Positions 1 to 8,465 of a stretch of 34,257 nucleotides of DNA are shown here, piece by piece. The DNA lies in the NCBI GenBank assembly GCA_041480785.1, contig JBGPAN010000003.1, positions 1 through 34,257 of the forward strand, given 5' to 3'. A model generated the notes under the pieces. It was not told the DNA's origin and did no database searches. It worked only from the letters and a program-made list of their open reading frames with translations. The stretch comes from Bacteroidota bacterium. Lineage in GTDB: Bacteria > Bacteroidota > Ignavibacteria > UBA10030. Within the stretch, counting starts at the first letter, position 1; every line of letters begins with the position of its first letter. The translations under genes and the position numbers were made by a program.

Positions 1-1
1 C

Positions 2-673
2 AAGATCTTTGAAGAGGAGCGCGAGCTTACCGTGATGCTTCTTGTTGACCTGAGCGGATCGCAGTTCTTTGGGTCGCAGGGTCAGCTCAAGCGCGACATT
101 GCTGTTGAGATCAGTGCAATTCTCGCATTCTCCGCGATGAAGAACGGTGACAAGGTTGGCGCCATGCTCTTTTCCGACCAGATTGAAAGATTCATTCCAC
201 CGCGGAAGGGACAGTCCCATTCGTTGCGCATCGTGCGAGAGTTAATCTCCTATGAGCCCAAGCGCTCGGCGACAAGTATCAAAGCCACTCTGGAGTATCT
301 GAATCACGTTTTGAAGAAGCGCAGTATCGTGTTTGTTATCTCGGATTTTCTGGATAGTGGCTACGAGACCGCTTTGCGGATTGCGGGGAAACGTCACGAC
401 CTCATCGGTATCAGACTGCTTGATCCCCGAGAGCAGGAACTGCCAAGGGTCGGCCTCGTTACGATGAAAGATGCCGAATCGGGCGCCCAGCGCTGGGTCG
501 ACACCTCTGACCCACGGGTGATCGCCGCATATCGTGCATATCGCCGGGCGGTGGAAGACTCACGACGGTCCACGTTCATCAAAGCAAAGCTCGATAGTAT
601 CGATATTCGCCTTGACAAACCATATATGAAACCTCTGGTCGATTTCTTCCGGTTGCGGGAGCGGCGTTGGTAG
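2..673 (+). CDS. DUF58 family protein (VWA-like; MoxR/bat operon associated), 5' truncated by window edge
   Basis: Frame is open from base 2 (KIFEEERELTVMLLVDLSGS...). Motifs EEEREL, DxSxS, GDKVG, VFVISDF and HDLIGIRLLDPRE are typical of DUF58. Lies upstream of batA. Confidence 0.88.
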   Translation, partial: KIFEEERELTVMLLVDLSGSQFFGSQGQLKRDIAVEISAILAFSAMKNGDKVGAMLFSDQIERFIPPRKGQSHSLRIVRELISYEPKRSATSIKATLEYLNHVLKKRSIVFVISDFLDSGYETALRIAGKRHDLIGIRLLDPREQELPRVGLVTMKDAESGAQRWVDTSDPRVIAAYRAYRRAVEDSRRSTFIKAKLDSIDIRLDKPYMKPLVDFFRLRERRW

Positions 674-678
674 GTGGT

Positions 679-1689
679 GTGAAGAATACAACAATACATG
701 TTGGACATTTGACGCGATCCTTTTTCATCATAGCGTTGTTTTCGTTCACTTCGCTCACGTGGGCACAGGAACCGAGAATCTCCGCCCACACCGATTCAGC
801 CCAGTACAAGGTCGGTGCGTGGATATTCCTGCACGTCGATGCCGAGTTGCCGCCGGCGGTGGACTCTCTTGCCATCGCGGTGAAAGACAGCCTTGGCTCC
901 TTCGAAATCCTCAATGTCGATTCCTCTCCCGCAAAGGCGGGTCATCAACAATGGCTATTTCGGCTGACGATATTCGATACAGGGAAGGTCTATGTTCCAC
1001 CCGCCATCTTCTCCTACAAGAACCGCGGTGATACGCTTACCCGCATTGCGTATGCGAATCCGATTCCACTGACCATCGTCGGCATCCCAGTCGATCTGAA
1101 GGGCGATATCAAAGATATCAAACCTCCTCTGGATGCGCCGTGGAAGTTCGAAGACTTTTTGCCGTACCTCATCGCTCTCGCTGTGGCGCTCCTCCTTGGG
1201 CTCGCATACTGGTACTATCGCAGGCTCAAGAAACGCCGCGAGGTTTCCTACGTGCCGCCCAAACCGGACATTCCTCCATGGCGGGTCGCCCTCGCAGCAC
1301 TTCATACACTTGAAGATCAACGGCTCTGGCAGCAAGGACGCGTGAAGGAGTTCTATTCCGAGACAACGGAAATCATTCGAAGGTTCCTCGAAGATCAGTA
1401 CGGCCTTCTTGCGCTCGAGTCAACCTCGGACGAGATTATGGGGCAGCTTAAACCACTTGCTGAGGCACAGTTGGTCCTGAAGGAGTTTCGTTCTTTCTTT
1501 ACAACCGCGGACCTTGTGAAATTTGCGAAGTACTTGCCAACCCCTGAGGAAAACGAGCAAGAGCTTACCTGGGCATTTCACTTCGTACGCACCATGACAC
1601 CGCATCCAATGGAACCATCGCCCGGTGACATGCCGTTAAGCCCTGAATCCGAGACAACCGGGGAACGGGAGGCCGCGAATGCTCGGTGA
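679..1689 (+). CDS. Conserved bat-operon membrane protein (signal peptide, Ig-like region, 'IKDIKPP' motif + TM helix, C-terminal helical domain; DUF4381-like)
   Basis: ORF 667..1689; GTG at 679 chosen because it follows the DUF58 stop (start uncertain). Motifs DIKDIKPPL-TM-basic stretch and 'KEFYSETTEIIRRFLE...ALESTSDE...ADLVKFAK' match the gene usually found between DUF58 and batA. Confidence 0.78.
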   Translation: MKNTTIHVGHLTRSFFIIALFSFTSLTWAQEPRISAHTDSAQYKVGAWIFLHVDAELPPAVDSLAIAVKDSLGSFEILNVDSSPAKAGHQQWLFRLTIFDTGKVYVPPAIFSYKNRGDTLTRIAYANPIPLTIVGIPVDLKGDIKDIKPPLDAPWKFEDFLPYLIALAVALLLGLAYWYYRRLKKRREVSYVPPKPDIPPWRVALAALHTLEDQRLWQQGRVKEFYSETTEIIRRFLEDQYGLLALESTSDEIMGQLKPLAEAQLVLKEFRSFFTTADLVKFAKYLPTPEENEQELTWAFHFVRTMTPHPMEPSPGDMPLSPESETTGEREAANAR

Positions 1690-2671
1690 TGGCTTCGCAT
1701 ATCCATGGGTGTTGTGGCTTCTGCTCCTGATTCCGATCCTCGTGTTCGTGTACTGGAAAAAAAGGAAGCGGATGGTGACCGAGGTGACATTTTCTTCGGT
1801 TCAACCTTTTGACCACATACCGGGTTCTCTGCGCGAAAAGCTGCGCGACATACCGGTTGGGCTTCGCTTGCTCGCCCTGGCACTCTTCATTGTTGCACTT
1901 GCGCGTCCGCAGGCGGTTTCCAATAAGGAGAACGTTTCGACCGAGGGAATTGATATTGTTCTGCTCATCGACATTTCTGGCAGTATGCTTGCTGAGGATT
2001 TCACCCCAAACCGCATGCAGGCGGCAAAGCAGGTTGCTGACGAATTTATCGATGGGCGCGCGAGTGATCGTATCGGCCTGGTCATTTTCTCCGCCGAGAG
2101 CTTTACTCAGTGCCCGTTGACGACCGATTATCCCGTACTGAAGACGCTTCTGCAAGAAGTCAAGAGCGGAATGATTGCTGACGGCACGGCGATCGGGCTT
2201 GCGCTTGCAAACGGAGTGAATCGGCTCAAAGACAGCAAAGCGAAAAGCCGGGTGATGATCCTTCTGACGGACGGTGTTAATAATAGAGGCGAGATCGACC
2301 CAATTACTGCCGCAAAAATTGCTGCCACGTACGGCATCCGTGTCTACACGGTGGGCGTTGGGGCCCAGGGTGAGGCGCCGTACCCCGTGGAAACACCGTT
2401 CGGCATTCAGCGTCGCCTGATTGCTGTCGACCTCGATGAGAAAACCCTCACGGGGGTGGCAGATATGACGGGCGGGAAGTACTACCGGGCAACAGACAAT
2501 AAGAAACTGAAAGCAATTTACAAAGAAATCGACCAGCTCGAGCGGACAAGGATTGAGGTTACCGCATACAAGCGATATTCGGAGAAATACTATAACTGGC
2601 TTCTCTTCGGCCTGGTCGCTTTGCTTTTTGAGGTAGGTTTGTCCTCAACGCTCTTGAGGAAGATTCCCTAA
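1679..2671 (+). CDS. batA: BatA, VWA-domain membrane protein
   Basis: N-terminal 'FAYPWVLWLLLLIP...ALARPQ' domain, intact MIDAS (DISGSM, GTAIG, LLTDG), C-terminal TM helix; operon context. Confidence 0.92.
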   Translation: MLGDGFAYPWVLWLLLLIPILVFVYWKKRKRMVTEVTFSSVQPFDHIPGSLREKLRDIPVGLRLLALALFIVALARPQAVSNKENVSTEGIDIVLLIDISGSMLAEDFTPNRMQAAKQVADEFIDGRASDRIGLVIFSAESFTQCPLTTDYPVLKTLLQEVKSGMIADGTAIGLALANGVNRLKDSKAKSRVMILLTDGVNNRGEIDPITAAKIAATYGIRVYTVGVGAQGEAPYPVETPFGIQRRLIAVDLDEKTLTGVADMTGGKYYRATDNKKLKAIYKEIDQLERTRIEVTAYKRYSEKYYNWLLFGLVALLFEVGLSSTLLRKIP

Positions 2672-2680
2672 GACGATACT

Positions 2681-4453
2681 ATGCTACGATTCGCACATCC
2701 GGGTTATTTGTGGGCACTGCTCGTCCTCCCCGCTCTGACGGTAGGATTTTTCGTGCTTCACCGTTGGCGGACACAATTGATGCGCAGGTTTGTCTCTGAA
2801 CCGTTGGTCGCTCAACTTGCTCCAGAGGCAAGCACCGCAAAGAGAACAGTCAAGCAGACCCTTTTTCTTCTCGCCGTTGCGTGCCTCGTCATTGCAGTTG
2901 CCAACCCTCAGGTCGGTACGAGGCTCGAAGAGGTGAAGCGTGAAGGAATTGATCTGTTCGTTGCTCTCGATGTCTCTCTGAGTATGAAGGCGGAAGACAT
3001 TCGTCCAAGCCGCCTCGAGAAAGCCAAGCGCGATGTCTCCAACCTGTTGCGTAAATTGCAGGGTGACCGCGTCGGGCTCATTGTGTTTGCTGGCGAAGCA
3101 TTTGTCCAGTTCCCACTGACCGCCGATTACTCCGCCGCCGATCTTTTCATCAACGCTGTCGACGTTGAGGCGGTCCCGGTGCCAGGCACCATGATCGGCA
3201 GTGCGATAGAGAAGGCGCTTGATTCGTTCCGAAAAGATCTTCCAACGCAGAAGGCGATTGTCGTGGTAAGTGATGGAGAAAACACCGAGGGCGATGTCGC
3301 CGGGGCTGTCGAAAAGGCACGCAAAGAGGGTGTGCGCGTCTTCGCCGTCGGCATGGGCACTCCCGAAGGGAGCCCAATTCCGGTCTACGGAGCAAATGGT
3401 GAACGCGCTGACTACAAGCATGATCGGGCGGGGAATATCGTTCTTTCAAAACTCGACGAGTCCGCCCTACAACAAATCGCATTCATAACAGGCGGGAGCT
3501 ATCGACGCGCGACAAACGCCGGCAACGAAATCGACGAGATTTTCAAGGAGCTTTCTGCTCTGCAGAAAACCGAACTCGGCAGCATGCAGGTAACGGGGTT
3601 TGAAGACCAGTTCTACTACCCCCTCGCCCTCGGCATCCTCTTCCTTGTCATTGAAACACTTCTTTCTGAGCGTCGCGGACGCCTGCTTGCGCGCCTGACG
3701 AAGCTGGTTCCGATTGCGCACGTCCTGCCGTTGTGCTTCCTTTTCCTTGTCACCACAGCCTCCTCGCAAACGGTGCGCTCACACGTGAGCCGCGGCAACG
3801 ACGCGTACGCAAAGGCAAAGTACGGAGATGCAGAGGCAGAGTACAAGAAAGCGCTGCAAAAAGATTCCACCGCACGCGAGGCACAGTTCGACCTTGGCAA
3901 CGCTTACTACAAGCAACAACGTTTCGATGAGGCGCAACGGGTGTATGCTGCCCGGGTCGCCCCTGCCGGAAAGAACTCTTCTGATAAAGATTTAGCATAT
4001 TACGATTTGGGTAACACCTTCTTCAAATCGAACAAGCTTGAAGAGAGTGTTGAATCTTATAAGCGTACACTGCGTCTCAATCCATCAGATGAGGATACGC
4101 GTTACAACTACCTGCTTGCCAAAGACCGTCTGAAACAGCAACAAGATCAGAAGAAGCAGAACCAGCAAAATAAACAGGACAAGAACCAACAGAACAAGCA
4201 GGATCAGCAGCAGAACCAAAACAAGGACCAGCAACAGAATAAAGACCAACAAAATCAAAACAGAAATCAGCAGCAACCGCCTCAGCAACAACAGGCAAAT
4301 CAGGACCAAACCAATCAGCAACAGCAGAAAAACCAGATGCCAAAGCAACAGGCCGACCGGATCCTCGACGCGCTGAGAAACAACGAAAAAGACATTCAGA
4401 AACAACTGCGCAAACGGGCTGCGGCGAAGGTCATTGTCGAGAAGGATTGGTAA
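2681..4453 (+). CDS. batB: BatB-BatC fusion (VWA domain + TM + TPR repeats + Q/N-rich linker + C-terminal KDW motif)
   Basis: 'FAHPGYLWALL...ANPQ', MIDAS DVSLSM and VSDGE; then TPRs (GNDAYAKAKY, FDLGNAYYKQ, YDLGNTFFK), a Q-rich tract and the BatC-type end 'QADRILDAL...EKDW'. Confidence 0.88.
   Translation: MLRFAHPGYLWALLVLPALTVGFFVLHRWRTQLMRRFVSEPLVAQLAPEASTAKRTVKQTLFLLAVACLVIAVANPQVGTRLEEVKREGIDLFVALDVSLSMKAEDIRPSRLEKAKRDVSNLLRKLQGDRVGLIVFAGEAFVQFPLTADYSAADLFINAVDVEAVPVPGTMIGSAIEKALDSFRKDLPTQKAIVVVSDGENTEGDVAGAVEKARKEGVRVFAVGMGTPEGSPIPVYGANGERADYKHDRAGNIVLSKLDESALQQIAFITGGSYRRATNAGNEIDEIFKELSALQKTELGSMQVTGFEDQFYYPLALGILFLVIETLLSERRGRLLARLTKLVPIAHVLPLCFLFLVTTASSQTVRSHVSRGNDAYAKAKYGDAEAEYKKALQKDSTAREAQFDLGNAYYKQQRFDEAQRVYAARVAPAGKNSSDKDLAYYDLGNTFFKSNKLEESVESYKRTLRLNPSDEDTRYNYLLAKDRLKQQQDQKKQNQQNKQDKNQQNKQDQQQNQNKDQQQNKDQQNQNRNQQQPPQQQQANQDQTNQQQQKNQMPKQQADRILDALRNNEKDIQKQLRKRAAAKVIVEKDW
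4136..4336 (+). repeat. Low-complexity Gln/Asn-rich coding repeat (imperfect NQQNKQD / KDQQQN units)
   Basis: Translation QQQDQKKQNQQNKQDKNQQNKQDQQQNQNKDQQQNKDQQNQN...; strongly A/C-rich DNA. Typical BatC linker. Confidence 0.85.
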
Positions 4454-6267
4454 TGAGGCTTGTTTTACGAAATAGCGTTCTTGTGATTGTTTTGACGGTG
4501 ACTGCGTTCGCGCAGAACGCAACGTTCGTTGCGTCCGCTGACCGCACAACCGTGGGGGCCGGTGAGAAGTTTGAGGTTTCCTTCACCGTTTCTGCTTCCG
4601 ATGTAAACGGTGCAAAGAATTTCAAGCCGCCAACACTCACACCATTTCTTGTCTTGAGTGGACCAAATCAGTCCACCAACATGCAGTTCGTCAACGGCCA
4701 AATGTCGGGATCGGTAAGCTTCACGTACTACCTCTATACGCGGCAAACCGGCAAGTTTACAGTCGCTCCGGCGACAATTGAGTACAAGGGGACGACACTC
4801 AAATCGCAACCGCTACAGATTGAGGTTACCCAAAGCAAGCCGCAGGCTCAGGGAAAAGAGCCCGACAACACTCAGAATGTTGCCGACAATCTTTACATTC
4901 GTGCCGTTGCAGACAAACAGCGTGTTCACCAGGGCGAACCGGTCACTGTCACCTACAAGCTTTACACGCGGTTGCAGGTGTCTGGGTATGATATTGCGAA
5001 AGCTCCGGTGTATCAAGGTTTCTGGGCGGAGGAGGTTGAACAGCCCAAGCAGCCTGTTGTGACAACAGAAACCATTGACGGAAAGCAGTTTCGCGTGGCA
5101 ACGATCCGCAAGACGGCACTCTTCCCTACCCAGAGTGGCAAATTGACCATCTCGCCACTTGAGGTGCGTTGCGCGTTCCAGCTTGCGTCGCGTAAGAAGA
5201 CCAACGATCCGTTTGACTCCTTCTTCAATGACCCGTTTTTCTCCCGCACTCAGACCGTCGAACAGGATCTCAAGACCAACGCTTTGTCCGTCGCTGTTGA
5301 CCCGCTTCCTGGAAGCCCGCCGGTTGGCTTTACTGGTGCGGTTGGGCGTTTTTCGTTCAGCGCGACCGTCGACAAAAAGGAAGTGAAGACCGGCGACCCC
5401 ATCACGTTAAAGCTTACAATCTCCGGCGCGGGAAACGTCAAGCTCCTGACGCCGCCAAAGCCCGAGCTTCCGGCAGACTTCGAAGCGTACGATCCAAAGA
5501 TCTCTGAAGAGATCACGCGCGACGGAGGCGTAATTCGCGGAAAGAAAATCGCTGAGTATCTCGTTATCCCGAGGAATGCCGGCGACAGGGCAATTGAACC
5601 AATCGCGTTCTCGTATTTCGATCTGGACCGCAATGCGTACAATACAGTGCGCTCGTCAAGATTTGATTTCAAGGTCGTTCCAGGAAAAGAAATGAGTATC
5701 GGTACGGCGATTGCATCCAAGTCTAACATCCAGTTGTTGGGAGAGGATATTCGTTTTCTGAAACTCTCCCTGGGCGAGCTTCACAGCGTTGACGAGTCGT
5801 TGTTCTCAAGCGATACGCTTGTGGCGTGTTTCGTTTTGCCTCCTTTCGTTTTCCTTGCTGCCTTTGGGTATCGTAAGCGACAAGAGAAGCTTTCTGGAAA
5901 GGTTGACCAACTGAAGTTCGCCAAGGCGAGCAGGGAGGCATCAAAGCGCCTGAAGGTGGCACGAAAGCTCCTGTTGCAGGGAAACACTGAGAGTTACCAT
6001 GCAGAAGTTTCCAAGGCAGTCTTCAGCTACCTCGAAGACAAATTGCACATCTCCAAAGCTTCTCTGACCATGGATGAAGCAGCCCGGCTTCTCAGCGAGC
6101 GTGGGGTTACCGCGGAGACAATTGAATCCCTGCGTGCATGCATAGAGCGGGCCGAGTTTGCGCGCTTTGCCCCAGCCAGCGACACCCGGGAAGCCCGAAC
6201 AGAAATTCTCGACACCGCCACCGGTATTATCAATAACATCGAGAAATCATTGAGAAGAAAAGCCTGA
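4453..6267 (+). CDS. batD: BatD family protein (oxygen tolerance; repeated Ig-like domains, C-terminal TM)
   Basis: ATG at 4453 overlaps the upstream TAA (TAATG coupling). Signal peptide AFA-Q; motifs VLSGPNQS, QGEPVTVTYKLY, ALFPTQSG, FTGAVGRF and GDPITLKLTISGAGN. Confidence 0.9.
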   Translation: MRLVLRNSVLVIVLTVTAFAQNATFVASADRTTVGAGEKFEVSFTVSASDVNGAKNFKPPTLTPFLVLSGPNQSTNMQFVNGQMSGSVSFTYYLYTRQTGKFTVAPATIEYKGTTLKSQPLQIEVTQSKPQAQGKEPDNTQNVADNLYIRAVADKQRVHQGEPVTVTYKLYTRLQVSGYDIAKAPVYQGFWAEEVEQPKQPVVTTETIDGKQFRVATIRKTALFPTQSGKLTISPLEVRCAFQLASRKKTNDPFDSFFNDPFFSRTQTVEQDLKTNALSVAVDPLPGSPPVGFTGAVGRFSFSATVDKKEVKTGDPITLKLTISGAGNVKLLTPPKPELPADFEAYDPKISEEITRDGGVIRGKKIAEYLVIPRNAGDRAIEPIAFSYFDLDRNAYNTVRSSRFDFKVVPGKEMSIGTAIASKSNIQLLGEDIRFLKLSLGELHSVDESLFSSDTLVACFVLPPFVFLAAFGYRKRQEKLSGKVDQLKFAKASREASKRLKVARKLLLQGNTESYHAEVSKAVFSYLEDKLHISKASLTMDEAARLLSERGVTAETIESLRACIERAEFARFAPASDTREARTEILDTATGIINNIEKSLRRKA

Positions 6268-6269
6268 GA

Positions 6270-7028
6270 ATGCGACGCACAGTACTCCACATCCTCCTCG
6301 CGGTCGCTTGTTCGTGCACGGTGTTTGCCCAAACAGCACCGGATGAATTTGAGCGCGGTAACGCATTTTACCGCGACGGAAAATATGATCAAGCCGCTTT
6401 TTCATTTGAGTCTATACTCAACCAGGGGCTTGCCAGCCCATCTCTCTACTTCAACATCGGCAACTGCTACTACCGCATGGGAAAAATCGCCCCGGCCATC
6501 CTGGCCTACGGGCGGGCGCTTCGCCTACAGCCAAACGATGCCGACATTAAGCACAATCTCGAACTTGTCAACCTCAAGACGCTTGACCGAATCGAACCCC
6601 TTCCCGAGCTTTTCTTCATCGTGTGGCTTCGTTCTTTCTCAGCCGTCGTACCCTTGCATACGACCGTCCGATCGTTTGCGGCGTGCTGGCTGTTGTTGTT
6701 TGCCGGCCTCTCGTTACTCTATCTCCTGACAAACTCGGCACTGTTCCGCTTCCTCCGTGGACTTGCGATAGCCTCGGCCATCGCCCTGATTCCTCTCGTC
6801 ATCGTACTTGCCACACAAGTCATCGACTCCCGAAACCGAACCGACGCCGTTATCACCGTTTCGGTTGTAACCGCTAAAACATCTCCTGATGCTCAAAGCG
6901 TCGATGCTTTTGTCGCGCACGAGGGTCTAAAGGTCAAACTCAGCGATGCGGTTGGAGAATGGATGAAGATTGTTCTGCCGGACGGCAAGGTGGGGTGGAT
7001 CAGATCGCAGGATTGTGAGCGGATATAG
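6270..7028 (+). CDS. batE: BatE (TPR + TM helices + C-terminal SH3b domain)
   Basis: Signal peptide, TPR 'LYFNIGNCYYRMGKIAPAILAYGRALRLQP', two TM helices, SH3b-like 'AHEGLKV...WMKIVLPDGKVGWI'. Confidence 0.9.
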   Translation: MRRTVLHILLAVACSCTVFAQTAPDEFERGNAFYRDGKYDQAAFSFESILNQGLASPSLYFNIGNCYYRMGKIAPAILAYGRALRLQPNDADIKHNLELVNLKTLDRIEPLPELFFIVWLRSFSAVVPLHTTVRSFAACWLLLFAGLSLLYLLTNSALFRFLRGLAIASAIALIPLVIVLATQVIDSRNRTDAVITVSVVTAKTSPDAQSVDAFVAHEGLKVKLSDAVGEWMKIVLPDGKVGWIRSQDCERI

Positions 7029-7045
7029 CCTTTTGTGTTCTGTAG

Positions 7046-7087
7046 AAAAACAACAGGCCCGGTGTTTCGCCGGGCCTGTTTGCTTCT
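7046..7087. terminator. Probable bidirectional intrinsic terminator between batE and the DUF1579 gene
   Basis: Perfect 11-bp stem AACAGGCCCGG (7052-7062) / CCGGGCCTGTT (7070-7080), with an A-run on the left and T-rich sequence on the right, between convergent genes. Confidence 0.8.
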
Positions 7088-7099
7088 GAAGAGCAGATC

Positions 7100-7723
7100 C
7101 TACTTCCTGCGCTTATATGTGATCTCCATGATCGGCTTCTTGTCACCAAATGAGGACATATCGTAGGTCTCGAAAACCTGGGTGTCTTTGTCGACAAACC
7201 GGGTTACATACTTAACTTTCTTGTCTTTCTCCCCGGTCGCCGGTTCGTCCATTTTTCCCCACATTGTGACGGATTTCTCGTCCTTGTCCAACACGCCGTC
7301 CTTTGTCGACATCCCGGTGCTCATGTTGTCAATCCAAAAACTAACGTATTTCTTTTTGAAATTATCGTAGCCTGTGAACCCCGTGCCGGCAAAGGGCTGC
7401 CCCATCATCTCGCCAGTGAATTCTTGTTGAAGATATCTTCCGCCAAGAACCATTTTGTTCTCGCTTGTTCCTTTTGAGACCATTGGCTCACCACTGGGCC
7501 CCTTCATCCACATCTTAACCTCCGCGTCCCATGTCCCGACGCTCTCCTCCAACATCTTGTGTTGTGCGCCCGGTGTCATTGACTCCTGCCACCGTCTCAT
7601 CATTTCTTCCTCGCTCGGCATCTTCTTGGCGCTCTTCTTTTTCTCCTGGCTGAATGATTCGTTGCTGACGGCTAATGTCAGTACGAGAATCAGCACCCCA
7701 AAAAATGTTATTGCGCGTTTCAT
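7100..7723 (-). CDS. DUF1579 family exported protein
   Basis: ATG at 7723 with AAGGAG RBS 6 nt upstream. Signal peptide; motifs TPGAQHKML...VGTW, LGGRYL, PFAGTGFTGYDN.KKKYVSFWIDNMST and MEITYKR. Confidence 0.85.
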   Translation of the reverse strand: MKRAITFFGVLILVLTLAVSNESFSQEKKKSAKKMPSEEEMMRRWQESMTPGAQHKMLEESVGTWDAEVKMWMKGPSGEPMVSKGTSENKMVLGGRYLQQEFTGEMMGQPFAGTGFTGYDNFKKKYVSFWIDNMSTGMSTKDGVLDKDEKSVTMWGKMDEPATGEKDKKVKYVTRFVDKDTQVFETYDMSSFGDKKPIMEITYKRRK

Positions 7724-7794
7724 TGTGCACTCCTTGCTGGTGATTGGTGAACGTGTCTCGTCTTGATGGTTGCTTCCTACGCTCACTTCATACT

Positions 7795-7820
7795 AACCCA
7801 ACGTCGCAGCGGACGGTTCC
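7795..7820 (-). promoter_or_regulatory. Candidate ECF-sigma promoter (GGAAC-N18-GTT) for the DUF1579 gene
   Basis: Minus strand reads GGAAC cgtccgctgcgacgttgg GTT about 70 nt upstream of the start. Motif match only. Confidence 0.35.
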
Positions 7821-7974
7821 AATGTGTTTTCTGGCCCGTCGGGCTTATGGTTTTTGATTCATGTGCTTTGGGGAATCCGCCTCGCCCCCACCGAGATGTT
7901 CACGGGGTGAGTCTACAATGTCCTGATCAGAAGACAAACGCATGTCGAGCTACGATTGGACCGGATCCAGCGCC

Positions 7975-8328
7975 GGAGCAACCATTACGATGTACGCGGC
8001 CGTCGCAAATCGAACGGTCAAGGTCGGAACTCTGCGGCCACTGGGTTTTCGGCGATACAGCGTACTCGCGGCCTTCCTTACCGAGTCCCTGGTGTTATCT
8101 CTCGTCGGTGGCTTTGCCGGACTGTTCTTCGCCTCCTTTCTACAATTGTTTTCGATATCCACGTTGAACTTTGGCTCCTTCTCCGAGCTGGCCTTCTCGT
8201 TTGCACTCTCACCATCTATCGTTGTTTCTTCCCTTCTGTTCGCGGTGGCCATGGGCTTGATTGGTGGATTTCTTCCTTCTGTCCGCGCTGCGCGCCTGAA
8301 CATCGTCAGCGCTCTGCGATCATCTTAA
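7975..8328 (+). pseudogene. C-terminal fragment of a MacB/FtsX-type ABC transporter permease
   Basis: 'GATITMYAAVANRTVKVGTLRPLGF...FLTESLVLSLVGG...GLIGGFLPSVRAARLNIVSALR' is the last about 117 aa of an FtsX-domain permease. The N-terminal TM and periplasmic domain are absent and there is no adjacent ATPase. Confidence 0.78.
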
Positions 8329-8354
8329 TCCCTCCGCCTCAGAGGCTTACTTCC

Positions 8355-8383
8355 TTGATAGAGAGGATCTCTCTGTCTATATT
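8355..8383 (+). promoter_or_regulatory. sigma70-type promoter for the DUF192 gene, with an overlapping inverted repeat
   Basis: TTGATA-N17-TATATT; GATAGAGAG-gat-CTCTCTGTC inverted repeat at 8357-8377. Confidence 0.6.
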
Positions 8384-8465
8384 ATAGCATAGAGATTCCT
8401 TCTCAAGTCGAACGTTTTCCACAAAGAGGCGTTTGAAACATGTTTTGGCTCCAGGTCATCAAGTC

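Noticed and set aside
2684-3421. 245-aa antisense ORF within batB (similarly 22270..23034 in mnmE and 23877..24578 in mnmG)
   Set aside because: Fully nested opposite confident genes; no domain signal.
4136-4336. Repetitive A/C-rich DNA considered as a CRISPR or non-coding repeat array
   Set aside because: No constant repeat-spacer period; it is in-frame coding for the Q/N linker.
7830-7895. Short hairpins (GCCC-gtc-GGGC; TGGGG...CCCCA) upstream of the permease remnant
   Set aside because: Stems are too short to distinguish from chance; no IS terminal repeats or transposase remnant recognised.
7763-8387. Alternative + strand ORFs 7763..8167 and 7956..8387
   Set aside because: They overlap the permease-like frame out of phase and have no protein-like features; no frameshifted N-terminal permease half could be recognised in them.
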